From the NCBI GenBank assembly GCA_050084515.1, contig CM114271.1, positions 41,168,001 to 41,232,000 of the forward strand: a stretch of DNA of 64,000 nucleotides. Reading direction: 5' to 3'. The position numbers and the translations under genes are program-made. This DNA comes from Blasia pusilla. Lineage: Eukaryota. The notes beneath the pieces were generated by a model. That model ran no database searches and had not been told where the DNA came from. It saw only the letters and a list, made by a program, of their open reading frames with translations. Positions 13,201 through 26,300 of the stretch are shown one piece after another; within the stretch, counting starts at the first letter, position 1, and each line of letters begins with the position of its first letter.

Positions 13201-16200
13201 ATGATATACTAGTGGAGGTTATTCCACTAAGTGATGATGATGCCAGGCACGCCCATACATCTCCCTCCGATAGGCCTGAGCTTGAATGTAATCCAACTGC
13301 TCTGCGTTGTGCAAATAGCTGCACATTTCTCGGAGTTGCAACACCAAGGACTGACAGGCCATTGCCACCATCCAGCCAACCAAGGGAGACTGTTGCTTCT
13401 GGTAAAACAAAGCTTCCCTCCAAACTGAAACCCTTATCCTCCATAAAGGTATCTGCTCCCCAGACATGAACACTTGTATCCCTGCCCTCAGATGTCAAAC
13501 CTGTGGAAGCAATTTTTGCTGCACCATCCCCAATTGCAACCCTAGTGACTGGCCCACTATACATCCTTAATAGACCCACACATCTCCACCAGGAGTCATC
13601 ATTCACAGAATCTGAATCAGCATTGAAATTTCCAAGTCTCAGTTTCCACAGCCTCAAAGCCCCATCTGAGCATCCTGTAACAACATCAAACACCTGCTTG
13701 AAATCACCTAGAGATCTTCTTCTACCCTCAGAGGATCCCGAAAACATGTGCAGGGGAGTTGTAACAGCCATGGAGACTACATGCTCCCCACTTTCTAGAA
13801 TCTTGTAACCCAGAATCTGGCCTTCCACTATTGTCTTCTCTCCTTGAATGAACTGTGTTTCTATAGATGGAAGAGAGTGCCCATGAACAGAGTTGTGAAG
13901 ATCCTCACTAATCTCTGAGGGAGACTCTGAAAAACCATTGTTCTCATTCTTCTCCGCTGAATGATCAGAAGTTTCCATGTCCCGGTGTGTGTCTTGCCTG
14001 CTAGGACACACCTTGATATCAAGCTTCCAGGAAACCAACTGCATTCCATTCCCTCCAACTCCCACAACCACACAAGTTCCCACGAGCAATTTCTCATCAA
14101 AAGTCACAAGAGATGGAGAAGTATAGATGCCTTCCAAAGCCTGTCCTCTCTCCAACAGGGGCCAGTCAAGGGTGCACAAGAAACTGTGTGAAATGGAGAA
14201 GGATTTTGGTTTGCCTCGGAATGAGGAAACCTTCTTAGAGATCAGGTAGCAGTCTATTCCCTGAGGATGAGAAACAAGAAGAACAGCATCAGCCCCATCT
14301 GGCACCACTGGTACCCATGCCATTGGATTGAAGGACCCCATGCAATTGATTCGATGCCCTGTAAGTTTTCCACAAAGTTTCCACAGGGCGTTCGAATATC
14401 CAGCAATCTCTAACCTTGGGCTAGAAGGGGAGCTACTTGAAAGCCAGAAAAGCACTGCTCCCAAGTTGTCCAGAGAAGCTACCAACCTCATGGAGGTAAC
14501 AGGATGTATTGCAGTCTGTATAATATTTCCTCTGTGACCATCCAGATACATAATGTCACTAGAAATTCCCCAAGCGCTCATTTTGCCACCACCAACCACA
14601 GCATTGGCTGCTCCTGTTGTTGAACTCATGACTTTTGTGGCATGACCACCAATAGCCGACACCGGAGGCCATATACAAGACCATCGGAGGAGATTATCAG
14701 ACCATATCTCAAACACATCAAAAGAGGAAGGAGCTCCCCATACTGTTCCATGTGGTCTGTGCATCACTGCCTTCACTGACAAAAGACTTCCACAACTTCG
14801 ACGGCTGAGACAATCTTCCACAAATGGCATTGATGGCCATGGAAGCAGATTTGACTTTTCCTGCCATAACTCCACAATATGACCTCGTGATGGTGAAAGA
14901 TCATCCAAACTCTGTATGGACCATAATGTCACAGATCCAGAGGGTCCAATTCCCATCAACCATTCACTAGTTGGTGCCTCTGTATTCTTACTGGGTTGAA
15001 GCTTAGGTCCAACACTAGGCATACTCGAAGTCCTCACAATTCCTCCTCTTGCTTCAGGCCATGTCACAAATATATCCTGTCCTAAAACACCTTTGAGAGT
15101 ACTGTTAACATCAATAACTGCACTTACAAAAAAAGCCAGCTTACATGCAGACTGCGACCCATTTAAACTGTGGTCTACAGTAGCAGGGGTGGGCCCAGTC
15201 TTGTTGATAAGACAAGAGCTCGAATCTGGAAAACCAAAACTACCGATTTCTGCCCACAACCTAATCACACCATCCCGACAGCATGTTAATAGAACTGGCC
15301 TGAAGGACAGGGAGCTTGAATTGAAACCCTTCAAGGGCCTCCACTGTATCATCAGCAATTGATCTGGATGTGAAAGTTCAACAACCTGTAACTCCAGTCC
15401 ATCTTCCCACCACCAGATCTTGACAAGATGGTCTTCGTCTTCATCCTCTCCATTTTCCAGTTCTGTAGAGGCGCCTTCTGCCGTAGCAACTATTCCTCTT
15501 GCAGACCAGGACGCTGAACTGAGCTGATGTACATGCTCAAGATTTGATCGCCATAAGCATTGCCAGCCATCTTCAACTTGTTCCCACATTACTATCTCCG
15601 ATCCAACAGAAAGTAGACCATCTCCTGACTCAGTCCAACTACAGGATACAATTTCGAAGTGGTGTTCAAGTACTTGCACATTCACCCACCTGAAAGGTAC
15701 CTCTACAAATGACACCAAACATCAATCCCGTTAGATTCAACCAAGCATCATTCTGTAAGTGGGTCCTGATGGTAATTAGCCGACACAAAGGGTTCTGCTA
15801 ATACTTGAACAGACATTTGGAAATTCTTCCAAAAAGATGTACAGCTAACATTGAACTAAAACGTAACTGGGTTTATGAAAAGACGGAGGCTACCTGGCCA
15901 GCTGTGGTTGCACTTCTCAATCTGAGTAATTCCTCTGGGTCCATATAAGTACAGATGCCTGCCCGCTACAGCTGCTAATGCTCCAACGGAGATACCAGTC
16001 GGAGCCCAGCTAACACTCGATACCCAGGATCTACCTTCTCCACTCTCTTGTGGACAGTCTGTAAGAAGAACTTGCTGGAAAAAGCCGCCTGAGGCAGCTT
16101 CCCTCGTACTTGAAGGTGAGGGTGCCATGGAAATAACAACACTAAACTGTGCTCCGCAGGCTACCCAGCTGAACCCAGCGAACAGCGGCAGCCAATCGAC

Positions 16201-16278
16201 GCTTTTAGGACCCTCATTTGGAGCGGGGTAAACATCCTGTTGGACGGACAACTCGAACAGCCCTCGGTGCTCGTCCAT
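7232..16278 (-). CDS. DMXL: DmX-like / RAVE complex subunit Rav1 (Rabconnectin-3 alpha) WD40 protein, multi-exon, 3' part missing from window
   Basis: Phase-compatible GT-AG exons read by eye: 16278-15894, 15702-12856, 12550-12019, 11705-11474, 11075-10911, 10725-10453, 10345-10076, 9697-9182, 8962-7232. N-terminal WD40 repeats (VLLTCCRDGVIRLW, VVTGCSDGALRLW). Rav1p_C signature: W..IRSLGVGYW...MEKVARAQY...KDPKDCALLYLAL...LAGLFKLS...DFM/DEKNKVAALKNAYVLMGKHRHELAAAFFILG. C-terminal WD40 exons were not found in 1-7231. Confidence 0.92.
9789..9899. repeat. ~43-bp direct repeat (2 copies) in a DMXL intron
   Basis: attcttggagtcagaagacctg(t/c)(c/a)aagggaca(t/c)tccaaactc at ~9789 and ~9857. Confidence 0.85.
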
Positions 16279-17298
16279 GATGCAATGTAGGTCAAAGCTA
16301 GGATTGTCGAGTCCTATAAAATAAGCATTCCATTCTAAGACAAATGCATCTGCAACATGAAGGGATTGATCTTCCCACCCAAACGTTTCCAGTTATCCTA
16401 ATTCAGCTGCCCACCATCGGATTGAGCTTATTGAAACGCGGATCTGTGACGCCGAAATTTCCATCGTTGCACTGCAGAGCGTATCTCACCAACGTGACAC
16501 CTCATAACCCTGCCTTTTCGAATCGTTACGGCAAACATACCACAGAAATTCGAATACTAGTCCGGATACCGATCTTCTCGGCAGACGACCATCGCGTAGT
16601 CTTGCACCTAAAATATCGAATCCAAGTGAGCCTCACACATGAGACGCACAAAGCAACTAAGGCTCCGTATCGACATATAACGAACAAATCACAACCTTTT
16701 GCGCAGCATAGGACAGAGACAGATATTAACATAGACATCAATTTTAGGTCTCGCATAGAAAGTCCTCAACAAAAGACATTCCTACTCTAGAATTGAAAAC
16801 CTGGCAAACTTGAAGTAAAATCTTCACAAAGAATCAGCACTGCAATACTGAACCCATAACACACATACAACTGTGAAACGAGGGATCTCCGAAAAAATCC
16901 ACAATCGAGCCCGATCCCCGTATTAAAGGATCACGTCATCTAGGAGACAAGCACAGTGCACCCCCCTCATTCCACCCCACGACTGAAGTTCTTGGATACG
17001 CACAGAATCAACCACATCCAGCAGATGCTCCTACATCAACCCCAAATATGCACTTAACGGCGAAAACGGGAGCACGGGCATCAGTATTTCTCACCATTCC
17101 AAACTGAGAAATTTCTCCAACACTTCCAACAACAGGAAACTCAACACAGATATACATAATCACCGCGAATTCCCCTTCCACGACAAAAAAAAAAAACCCG
17201 CGATCCATCAGAAATCCAGAAAATGCCCGATATTTGGCGATCATTCAGACCGCCCCACCCAACCGAGCACGAGTATCGATCGCACGATTCGCACTCAC

Positions 17299-17560
17299 CT
17301 CCTACAGAAGGTTTTGTCGGTGAAGCCCTGCTGTACCGCGACCGCGGATCCCCACCGGCGCCGCGAGAGCGATCCACTAACACTCCGATCGGCGCATAGC
17401 TGCGATTCCGAGCACACGGCGATCTAGAGAAGGAGAGCTTCTTCTTCTATCTTCCCATACCGACCAGCTGCAGTGGGATGAGAAGAAAACAGACTGGCTT
17501 TGACACCGGAAGGCAAACAACGTCGCGGAGACTCTCTTCCGCTCGTTTCCTTTTCCTTTT
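17299..17560 (-). other. Putative non-coding first exon (5' UTR) of the DMXL gene
   Basis: Strong donor GTGAGT at 17298 and acceptor ttttatag at 16314, 35 nt upstream of the ATG. CpG-rich region with pyrimidine-rich leader on the minus strand. TSS position is approximate. Confidence 0.55.
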
Positions 17561-18626
17561 CGGTGCAAATTACGCGCAGAACAAACACGTCCCTTTTCTC
17601 CTTCCTCCGGATGAGAAAAGGTTTTATCAAGAGGGCACTCAATGAAAAAAGAAGAAGAGAGGGAGCCTTGAAAAACAAAACAAAAAAAAGCGGGTAATGG
17701 GAAATCAAAGGAGGGGGACCCATGAACGCCACAACGGGTTCTCCAAAAGAAAAGAGGGCACTTCCTCACGGGTTATACTCATTAACACCATAGACAATAT
17801 CAACAACACCTAGTGAAGCATGACTACTTCTAAGTGAGTCTCTAGTGTCGGCGTCTCCCACAGCTTGAGCATGCCGCAAAAGCCTATTAGCTTGGGCATG
17901 CTACAAATTTATGGAGACTCGTTGTCTACGATAAAGAATTGCAACATCTAAGGACAACCCATTTCTCGCCGGAGATGATGAGCATGATTCATAAGGAACA
18001 AGTCAAACCTCTGAACCGTAGCCCCACATCTCTATGACTAAGGGAACAAATTGATGTCCATGATGAAGTCGACTATAGAGAGTGGTGACGGCAGTGAAGA
18101 AGACCCATCTCCCTTGTGCCACCACTTGGGCTCGTACAATGTCCTATGCAAGATCCGTCACTACATCTGTCACCATCACCTCAGCCTCTCGCGTCAAGAA
18201 AAGATCAGCACGAATAAGAGAATCCTGTATGAAGCAGTGTCTATCTCTCTACACATGGAAGCCACTCCTGGCAAGCAATATTGAACATGATCTCCCGTAG
18301 AGCATCGTGAATGGCAATCCTCTCGACCCCAAGTGGACAACCTGCCAAATGCATACAAATTAAATCCAGACTTTTACGACACTCACAGTGTATCAAACCA
18401 AACATCGATGGTTGGGGGGCTATCAAAATCGCATTGTTGTAGTGTAGGTAAGTGGTGCAATATGGAAAAAGGAGATGAGGGAGAGACCCCCCCCCACCCA
18501 TAAGCATGTCGCCTTTAATGGGGATATTCCCATTTGATAGAGTGCCTCTAAAAACGATCTCAAATTGGCCTTCCATTGATGAAGATTAGAGCCCTGGTTG
18601 ATTGGAGGCAACTACGGAAGAGAAAG

Positions 18627-18938
18627 TGTGGAAAACTCCTAAACAAACATAATTGGTGGAAAACGGCTCTCTCACACACACACCACCATGGAGAACGAAA
18701 TTTGCAATGACAGAATGAGTGGAGGTTGGTCCTCTTCTCAATTATATAGGATATGTACAAGCAACCCTAACCCTATCCTTAACCATAGTCTCGAGTTAGA
18801 CTAACTATGATTAACTAACCCTAGTTAAGATAATCGTGCTTAACTGACTAACCAAGATTAAGCTTCCCTACTTCGTGTGAGTACAAAATATAGCAGTTCA
18901 AGTGTCTCATGATCTTGACTGTAACCCAATCTTCAATA
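18627..18938 (-). mobile_element. Ty1/copia 3' LTR
   Basis: Preceded on the minus strand by PPT (cttgagggggag, 18950-18939). Termini TATTGAAG...TTCCACA. Reverse complement of LTR 29751-30060. Flanked by GAAAG. Confidence 0.9.
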
Positions 18939-18952
18939 CTCCCCCTCAAGCT

Positions 18953-21900
18953 GAGATCGATATCTCTAACGCCTAAATCATGCTAAACATCTCAAACTTA
19001 TCTCTAGACAATGCCTTTGTAAAGATGTAAGCAATTTGCTGATTTGTACTTATATACACAAGATCAATTTCTCCTGCAAGCACTTTCTCTCTGATAAAAT
19101 GATAGTGCACCTCAACATGTTTTGTACGAACACAGGGTTATAAACAAGTTTGATGCTACTAATATTGTTTGCATATATTACACTAGGTCCCAAATTACTA
19201 GGATCAATCTCAACAAGTAATCGATGAAGCCACACCGTCTCACATGTTGCATTGGTTGCTCCTATGTACTCAGCCTCTGTTGAAGATAAAGCAAGTGTAG
19301 GTTGCTTCTTTAAAGCCCAACTTATAGATGCGCTTCCCAAAGTAAATGAATAACCAGATGTGGAGTGTCGATCAGACACGCTTCCTGCCAAATCAGCATC
19401 TGTGAATCCCTGAAATTGAAAACTCGGAGAAGGTTCAAATTGAAGCCCGAATTGAATAGAGAATTTCACATACCGCATAATCCTCCTCACAGCATGAAGG
19501 TGAGGTTTTTGAGATGCTTGCATAAACTAGCTCACTAGGCCAACAACATAACTCAAATCTAGTCTGGTTATAGTTAGATAGATCAAATTTCCAACCATGC
19601 GGCCGTACATATTAGAATCTGCAAGGAGCTCTCCTTCATCCATTCTTAGCTTCACGCTCTGCTCCAACCGTGTAGAGATTGGCTTACAAGCCATCATACC
19701 ATGTTTTGAAAGCATATGAAGAGCATATTGTCATTGCAGTAACCACATATTCTCTCCAACCTTGATAAACTCAATACCAAGGAAGTACTTGAGTTCTCTC
19801 AAGTCCTTCATATCCAATTCTGCTTGTAACTTAAGCTTGACTTGTTGTACCATTTTTTCAGTACTCCGAGTAATAAAGAGATCGTCAACATATAACACAA
19901 TTAGAACTGTATGATCTTGTCCTCTCAAGACATATAACGATGAGTCAAAATCACATACCCTAAAACCCAACTCTTGTAGGACGTATGTAATCTTGCCATA
20001 CCAAGCTCTTGAAGCTTGATTGAGCCCGTATAGAGCTTTCTTCAACCTGCATACGCGAAATGGAAACTTGGGATGCTCGTATCCATGTGGTTGAGTCATA
20101 TATATCTCCTCATATAGATCTCCATTCAAGAAGGTATTCTTAACATCCATGTGATGTAATCTCCACTTCTTACTTACTACAACTACAACCACTGTTGTGG
20201 TAGTCGCCATCTTTGCAACAAGGCTAAATGTTTCCTCATAATCGATACCATATTATTGTGCGTAGCCCTAAGCCACCAATCTCGTTTTGTATCTGTTAAT
20301 TGTATTATCTTCATTGCGCTTGATTTTGGAAACCTATTTGCAACCAATAGCTTCCTTACCGAAAGGTATATCAACCAGCTCCCATGTTTGTTGATGTCTT
20401 AATGCAGCAAGCTCTTCCTCCATAGCTTCAATCCATTCAACTTTTACTCGTAGATTCTTCAAAATAACTCGGCTCCTGCTCTTGAAGGGTAGTCATCATA
20501 TATGCATGATGTGTTGCAAGGAAACCTTCATTTATGAATCTATGAAGTGGATGTGTAACTCTTCTTGATCTACGAAGTTGTTGTTTAGAGGTAGATGCCT
20601 CGAACACCCAACTCGAGCTCTGACTAGTGTCAACAGACTAAATATGTACTCTTTCCGTCTATGGACTCACAGATTTAACTGATGAATCTAGGACCTCTCC
20701 TAATTCTGCACTAGTACTTGGGGAAGTTGAAGACAAAGTATGTTGGTTTATAGTCATATTCTCCCCCTCAACAGACAGAGGTGGAATATGCTCAAATGGA
20801 GCATACCATGACTTTAGTTCATCAAAGACAACATCCCGACTAATAATAAGCTGCCTAGAGGATGGAATGTAGCACTTATATCTCTTAGTTGGCTATGTTG
20901 ATGGAATGTAAGTGCTACATTCCATCAACATAGCCAATGAAGATACATCTTTCAGACTTGGGATTTAATTTCTGAAGCCTCTCAGAAGGAACATAAGCAT
21001 AACAAATACAGCCATATACTTTCAAGAAGGAAAAATCAGGTTTACTTCTTGTGAAGACTTCGAATGGAGTTTTATCATGAACTCTTGCTGTTGAAGTTTG
21101 GTTGATTAAGAAGACTGCACATGCTACAGCCTTTGCCCAATACACCTTAGGCATGTTCTTCTCATTCAACATAGCTCGTGCAGCTTCAGCAATATTTATT
21201 CCTCTCAGCTATTCCATTTTGTTGTGGAGTGTAACGGCAAGTCACTTGACGTTGGATGCCATTCTGACGTAAATAGCCATCAAAATTTGTTGAAAGATAC
21301 TCTCCCCCTCCATCACAGCATAATTTCAGAATATGTTATCCAGTCTGCTTCTCTACTAGAACTCTAAATGTTTGGAACAATGAGAATATCTCTGACTTGG
21401 CTTTCAGAAAGTATACCCATATATATACCTAGAGAAGTCATCAATAAATGAAACAAAGTACTGACAACCACTAAGGCTATGTTGTGATGTTGTCCACACA
21501 TCACTGTGGATCAACTCCAATATCTTGGATGCTCTTCTACCTTGCTGTGGAAAAGGAAAGCTAGCTTGTTTTCCAAGTTGGCAAGCAGGACATACCTCTA
21601 ATGTAGTAGGAATCGCTAATTTAGGGAGTCCTATTACTATATTAGATAATGAAAGACTCTATAATCTTTGAAGATTCATATGTCCAATTCTTTTATGCCA
21701 TATATTTAGATGTGTGACTTGTTGGCCGGTTTGACCATACATTGCTGTTTGAATCTCTAGCATAGAAACATCTAATTTTAACATTCTCCCAGATCTAGTT
21801 TCTTTGGCTATCGTAGTCTGGTCATCCATAATTTCAATGAAACAACTATCTGCGTCAAACTTCACTTGATAACCCTATTTTACTATGTGTCCTACAGAGA

Positions 21901-22740
21901 TCAGGTTTCTTGCAATGGTAGAAACATAGAGAACATTTCCAAGAGCACAAAGACCATCTGATGCAATTGGAACTTCACCGGTATGCGTGATATGATGTTG
22001 AGTATTATCTCCTTTGAGCACAATTGCAGGATCTTTCACCGGCTCCAAACTACTGAACTATTTAGCTTGTGAGGTCATGTGATTTGATGTACCAGAGTCA
22101 ATGTGCCAATTTGTTGTCGATTCTTTCTTGACCATTGCTCTTATATGATGAGTCATGACCAAGAGATGCTCTGTTTGTGAATGTTGTTGTTCTTGGTACT
22201 GCTCTTAGTGTTGTTGCTCCACATAGTTTTGTTGCTGTAAGGCTCTTGTTCTCATATCTGCCTTCTTCTTGAAGCAAAATTTTGCATAGTGACCCTTTAT
22301 TCCACAATAATTGCAAGATCCAGGGACCCTCTGATGTTGACCTCGACCCCAACGGTTTCCACCATCACCACCTTGTGATTGTGCGGTTGGTATTGGTTTG
22401 TAGTTGATTGAGTGAAGTTATATTGAGTGTCTCTTCCTCCATATGCTTGATATCCACCACGACCATGAAAGTTTCTACCACAGCCCCTGCCTCTGTTTGA
22501 TCCATAACCTGCAAGTAGTACACTCTCTAGCAGACTAGACGAGCTACCGCTGTCTACTAGGCGCATCTCTTCACTGATAAACAGAGAAACTAACTCTTGA
22601 AAGGTTGGATACTTCTCTTTCACAGAGATAGAGATCTCAAAGGACTTGTAATCTTTTGGAAGGCCTTGAAGAGAGTGAAGAAAATCAGATCATCATCTTC
22701 TACTATCACTCCAATACTATTCAACTGATCAACAATATCC
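18953..22740 (-). pseudogene. Ty1/copia gag-pol (gag C-term/zinc knuckle, protease, GAG-pre-integrase, integrase, RT, RNase H), disrupted
   Basis: WHKRIGHMN; MLNEKNMPKVYWAKAV...LINQ; LHHMDVKNTFLNGDLYEEIYMTQP...LKKALYGL...LYVDDL; GFTDADLAG...STSGY...SSTEAEY. Many stops and frameshifts. Confidence 0.95.
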
Positions 22741-22745
22741 AACGT

Positions 22746-23361
22746 ACCCAAAATCGCTCAATTCTGACACTCTGAGCTCTTGCAGCATCAATTTCAGTGT
22801 AGGAAAGTGTAATTAATGAAGAAAAGTTGTGTAGTTTGCTCTCTACATGCCAATTTCGACTAGTTCTTTCATACAGTTGATCAATTTTGGCAAGTTTCAG
22901 GTCAATTTCTGCGTAGGAGTGGTCTATGCTTCAATTAGAGCAGTAGAAAGCTTGAAATTACGTTTTTGTGAGTGAAATCGTTTATCATGGAGTATTCCTC
23001 AACAATAATCACAAGCGAGAAGCTAGACAAGTAGAATTACAATGTCTGGAAGTTTCGCATGAAACAATTTCTCATGGGTCAAGAACTATGGGAGCTTGTC
23101 ACAACTGATGAGGCCAAGCCAAACGATGACTCAACAGAATGGAATGTTCGCGCTTCGAACAAACGCGCAAGGTAAGTAATCCACTACATTTCAATAACGA
23201 TCAGTTCGCCAATGATAGGTCACATCCAAGATGTTGATATTCCAAAAGAGGCCTGGGATGCATTGGGAAAGCTATTCTAGATATCTACAAAGGCCATAAA
23301 GCTTCAATTGAATCAGAAATTAAACAAAGTAAGGAAAGGATCGCAGAGCATCAATGATTAT
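22746..23361 (+). pseudogene. Displaced, inverted copia leader + gag N-terminus
   Basis: From 22987: MEYSSTIITSEKLDK*NYNVWKFRMKQFLMGQELWELV...KEAWDALGKLF...KGSQSINDY. Its continuation (DIVDQLNSIG) is on the minus strand at 22740. Flanked on both sides by AACGT. Confidence 0.85.
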
Positions 23362-26300
23362 AACGTGGTCACAGACTCGTCTCGTGATCGACCACCTCGT
23401 CCCACAAACGGCACGGGTATTTGACTCATTCGGCCATCATCTGACCGCCACCCTCGTTGATAAGCAACGATCTCTCCCAAAAGTCAAGGATGAATCCTAG
23501 GGGATATAACACTGTACTCCCCACCAACACATCGTACGACTCAGCTGGTGTCGTAATTGCACGTGTGCGCACCATAACACTATCCGTCGCATGCTCTGGC
23601 TGGACTGTGACAACTATCTCCTATCGAGTCATATACTGTGTGGGTGAAACACCCCCAATCAAGGTCTGTATCTAGAAGGGATAAGGCTCAATGTCGGCCT
23701 TCCGTAACCCCAAGGCTAAACACGCCACCTTCCCTAACATCAAGGGTTGCGCTCCCAAATCAAGTAGGACGCGCTGCGGATGGTATTTTCTCCCCATGGA
23801 ACTAACCAAGCAAAATACTCCAGCTCAGTTTTCTAGTAACACTACTCCAGGTGTCACCATTGCTTGCTCTATGGCCGATCGAGCTGGCATATCTACCAAC
23901 TTTGCCAGCCGCCGCATGCCATGACTCTATGGGGAACGTCACAAGCACCGGCTCTAAGGGCAAGTCCACCACCTCCTCAACTACCTCTGAACAAGAAGCA
24001 GTCACCACTCCACGCTCATACAACGTGGCGGCCAACCAAAACACCTCAGTTGGTCCAACTCCCAACATCGCCAACTCTATGGCAGAAAATAATGGAGTCT
24101 GACTCACTCTAGTGGCCACCTCCAACACTATGGTCGACACTGACTCCACTCGAACCTGCATAGGAGTTGTCACTCCCACTCCTCGTGACGTCGACGTAGG
24201 TGCTTGAGCTATAGGCACCGCTGGTCGTCGAGGTACCATCGATGGTGTGTGTAGTGCCTCCCACAATGTGAATGACTGTTGAACCGTGGCCTAGCGTCCA
24301 TCGGTCCGCTCTGGTGGGTCAACCTCAACTCCACCTCTCGATGGCTCGGTGCCTCTCGCATCACCTCAAGTCACCATTGCAGCCACCTCAACCTGAGCTG
24401 CACTACACATAAACCCCATACTGGCGAGATCCTCACTCAGGTCAAGGTAAGAGGTAGAAGCTAGAGTCACACTAGTTGCTCGCGGCTCCGTGCCTTAATT
24501 GAGCTGCATCATCGTCATGGCAACAATCCTCTGCTCCAATTGATCGATGCGTGAGAGAAGTGACGACTCTGGTGCTCTTGCTCCATCTCCTCTAGCTGGT
24601 GGTGGTCCTCTACCACCACGTCCAAGAAGAACTCCCCGACCTCCTCTAGGACGACCGTCCCCAAGCCCTCGGCCTACCTCTGGGAGTGCCTCGCGGCGAA
24701 GGTCAAAACATCTATCCCTAGTGTGACCATATCTGTGGCAATAGTCACACTGGTGTTGTGACTATTGGGCCATCCTCTGTGGCTCTTGAACAATCGGAGG
24801 TGCTCATGGTCCTCTCCCATGCTATGGGCAGTCTCTCTGCCTATGGGCCCCTCCACAGGTCCAACAAGACCACATCGGTCCCTCCTGGGCAACATATGTA
24901 GGTACAGGTTGTTGCCTCATAGGCTCACGATACCCGACCTACTCTCTGGGCACACCTGCCCGCTCCCATGGTACTGGTGCTTGCTGAGCCACCTGTGGGG
25001 TCACCGTCTCTCGTAGACTTGTCGACTCTCGAGAAAATCCAACAGTCACTATCTGCTCTTCACTCATGTTGAGTTCAATACGCTCAGAGAACTCAAAGAC
25101 CACCTTCAATGTGGGCTTTGTTGTGTGAATCAGCACCGCATCTTGGCCTCTCGGCCTCTCCTCCGTAGTTCTCGGTTCAGAACCCCGTACCAATATTGGA
25201 CTGACTGCGCCTCAATCACTCCATACAAAGCAATGATCAGCCTCCTCATGCATGTGAATGCCTCTCTTAGACTCTGACCCAATCGTTGCTGAAAATCATG
25301 TAGACTCTTCAGCTTGTCAGTGCGTATGCCCTAGTAGCTCTTCCCCAAATGTCACAAGAAATCCATTATGGGTCTGTAACTGGGTGGCCCTCTACCACCA
25401 GAGGTCTTTGCCACATCGCCCGTCTCACTGCCCTCCTCTCCATCTAGTCTCCGGGCTGATGGTCTGGGTCTCTCTCCTCTCCATATGCCACCATATGCCT
25501 TGCGACCACTAGTGGACACATACCCTGGAGCCCAATACATTCTCCAGACATCGATCTCTACTGAATATAGTGATCAAAACGCCATGTAGTCATCCATCAG
25601 AGGACCCTCCAAGTGTTGAAACAACCCCTTCCATCCCATGAAAGGGTTGAACCGTGTCGGGGTCCATATCTCTTGGAAGTCGCACCACGTGTCGAACTCG
25701 TGGATAAAATCATCTAAGTCGATGGTGCCCACTGCACTCAAGAAACAACGCATGCCCCGATGGCCCATGTCCTCCATCGCGTGCCAAGTGATACTACCTC
25801 CGTTTGCAATCTCGTCACCAGACCCGGTGTCTAGTGATGACGATCCAGCCACGGATGGATGTCGAGGTAGCTCCTCATTGGTAACCCCTCGACATCTCAC
25901 TCCACTCCGTGTCACACCACTACTACTGCTTGCACTACCCCATTCTTTCGAACCCTCGAAGAACGCCGTGATGACAAACTGTCTCACCCGCTCAAGCACT
26001 CAGACTCACCGAGAGTCTCCCACACTCCTCACTAGCTCACCTATGCTAACATCAATCCCGTGATGACATACCTGGCCTCACGCACACTCAACACTCACGC
26101 TCACCATGAGCCTCCCAACTGACTCACCTAACCTAGCGACACTCTCGGGTCATACATGTGACCCCTATGCGGCAACCGCCGTATATCCACCAACATGCTA
26201 CACATGAAAAGAATCTACACTCGTCACCATCACTGCACCCACCTAGCACCAACTACTACCCAATACCCAGCACTCTCAATCACAGACGACAAGTGTGGGA

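Noticed and set aside
7423-15362. Plus-strand ORFs overlapping DMXL exons (and those over GOX)
   Set aside because: Antisense shadows of real exons.
17800-18620. Short ORFs upstream of DMXL
   Set aside because: No recognisable motif or splice structure; probably old repeat debris.
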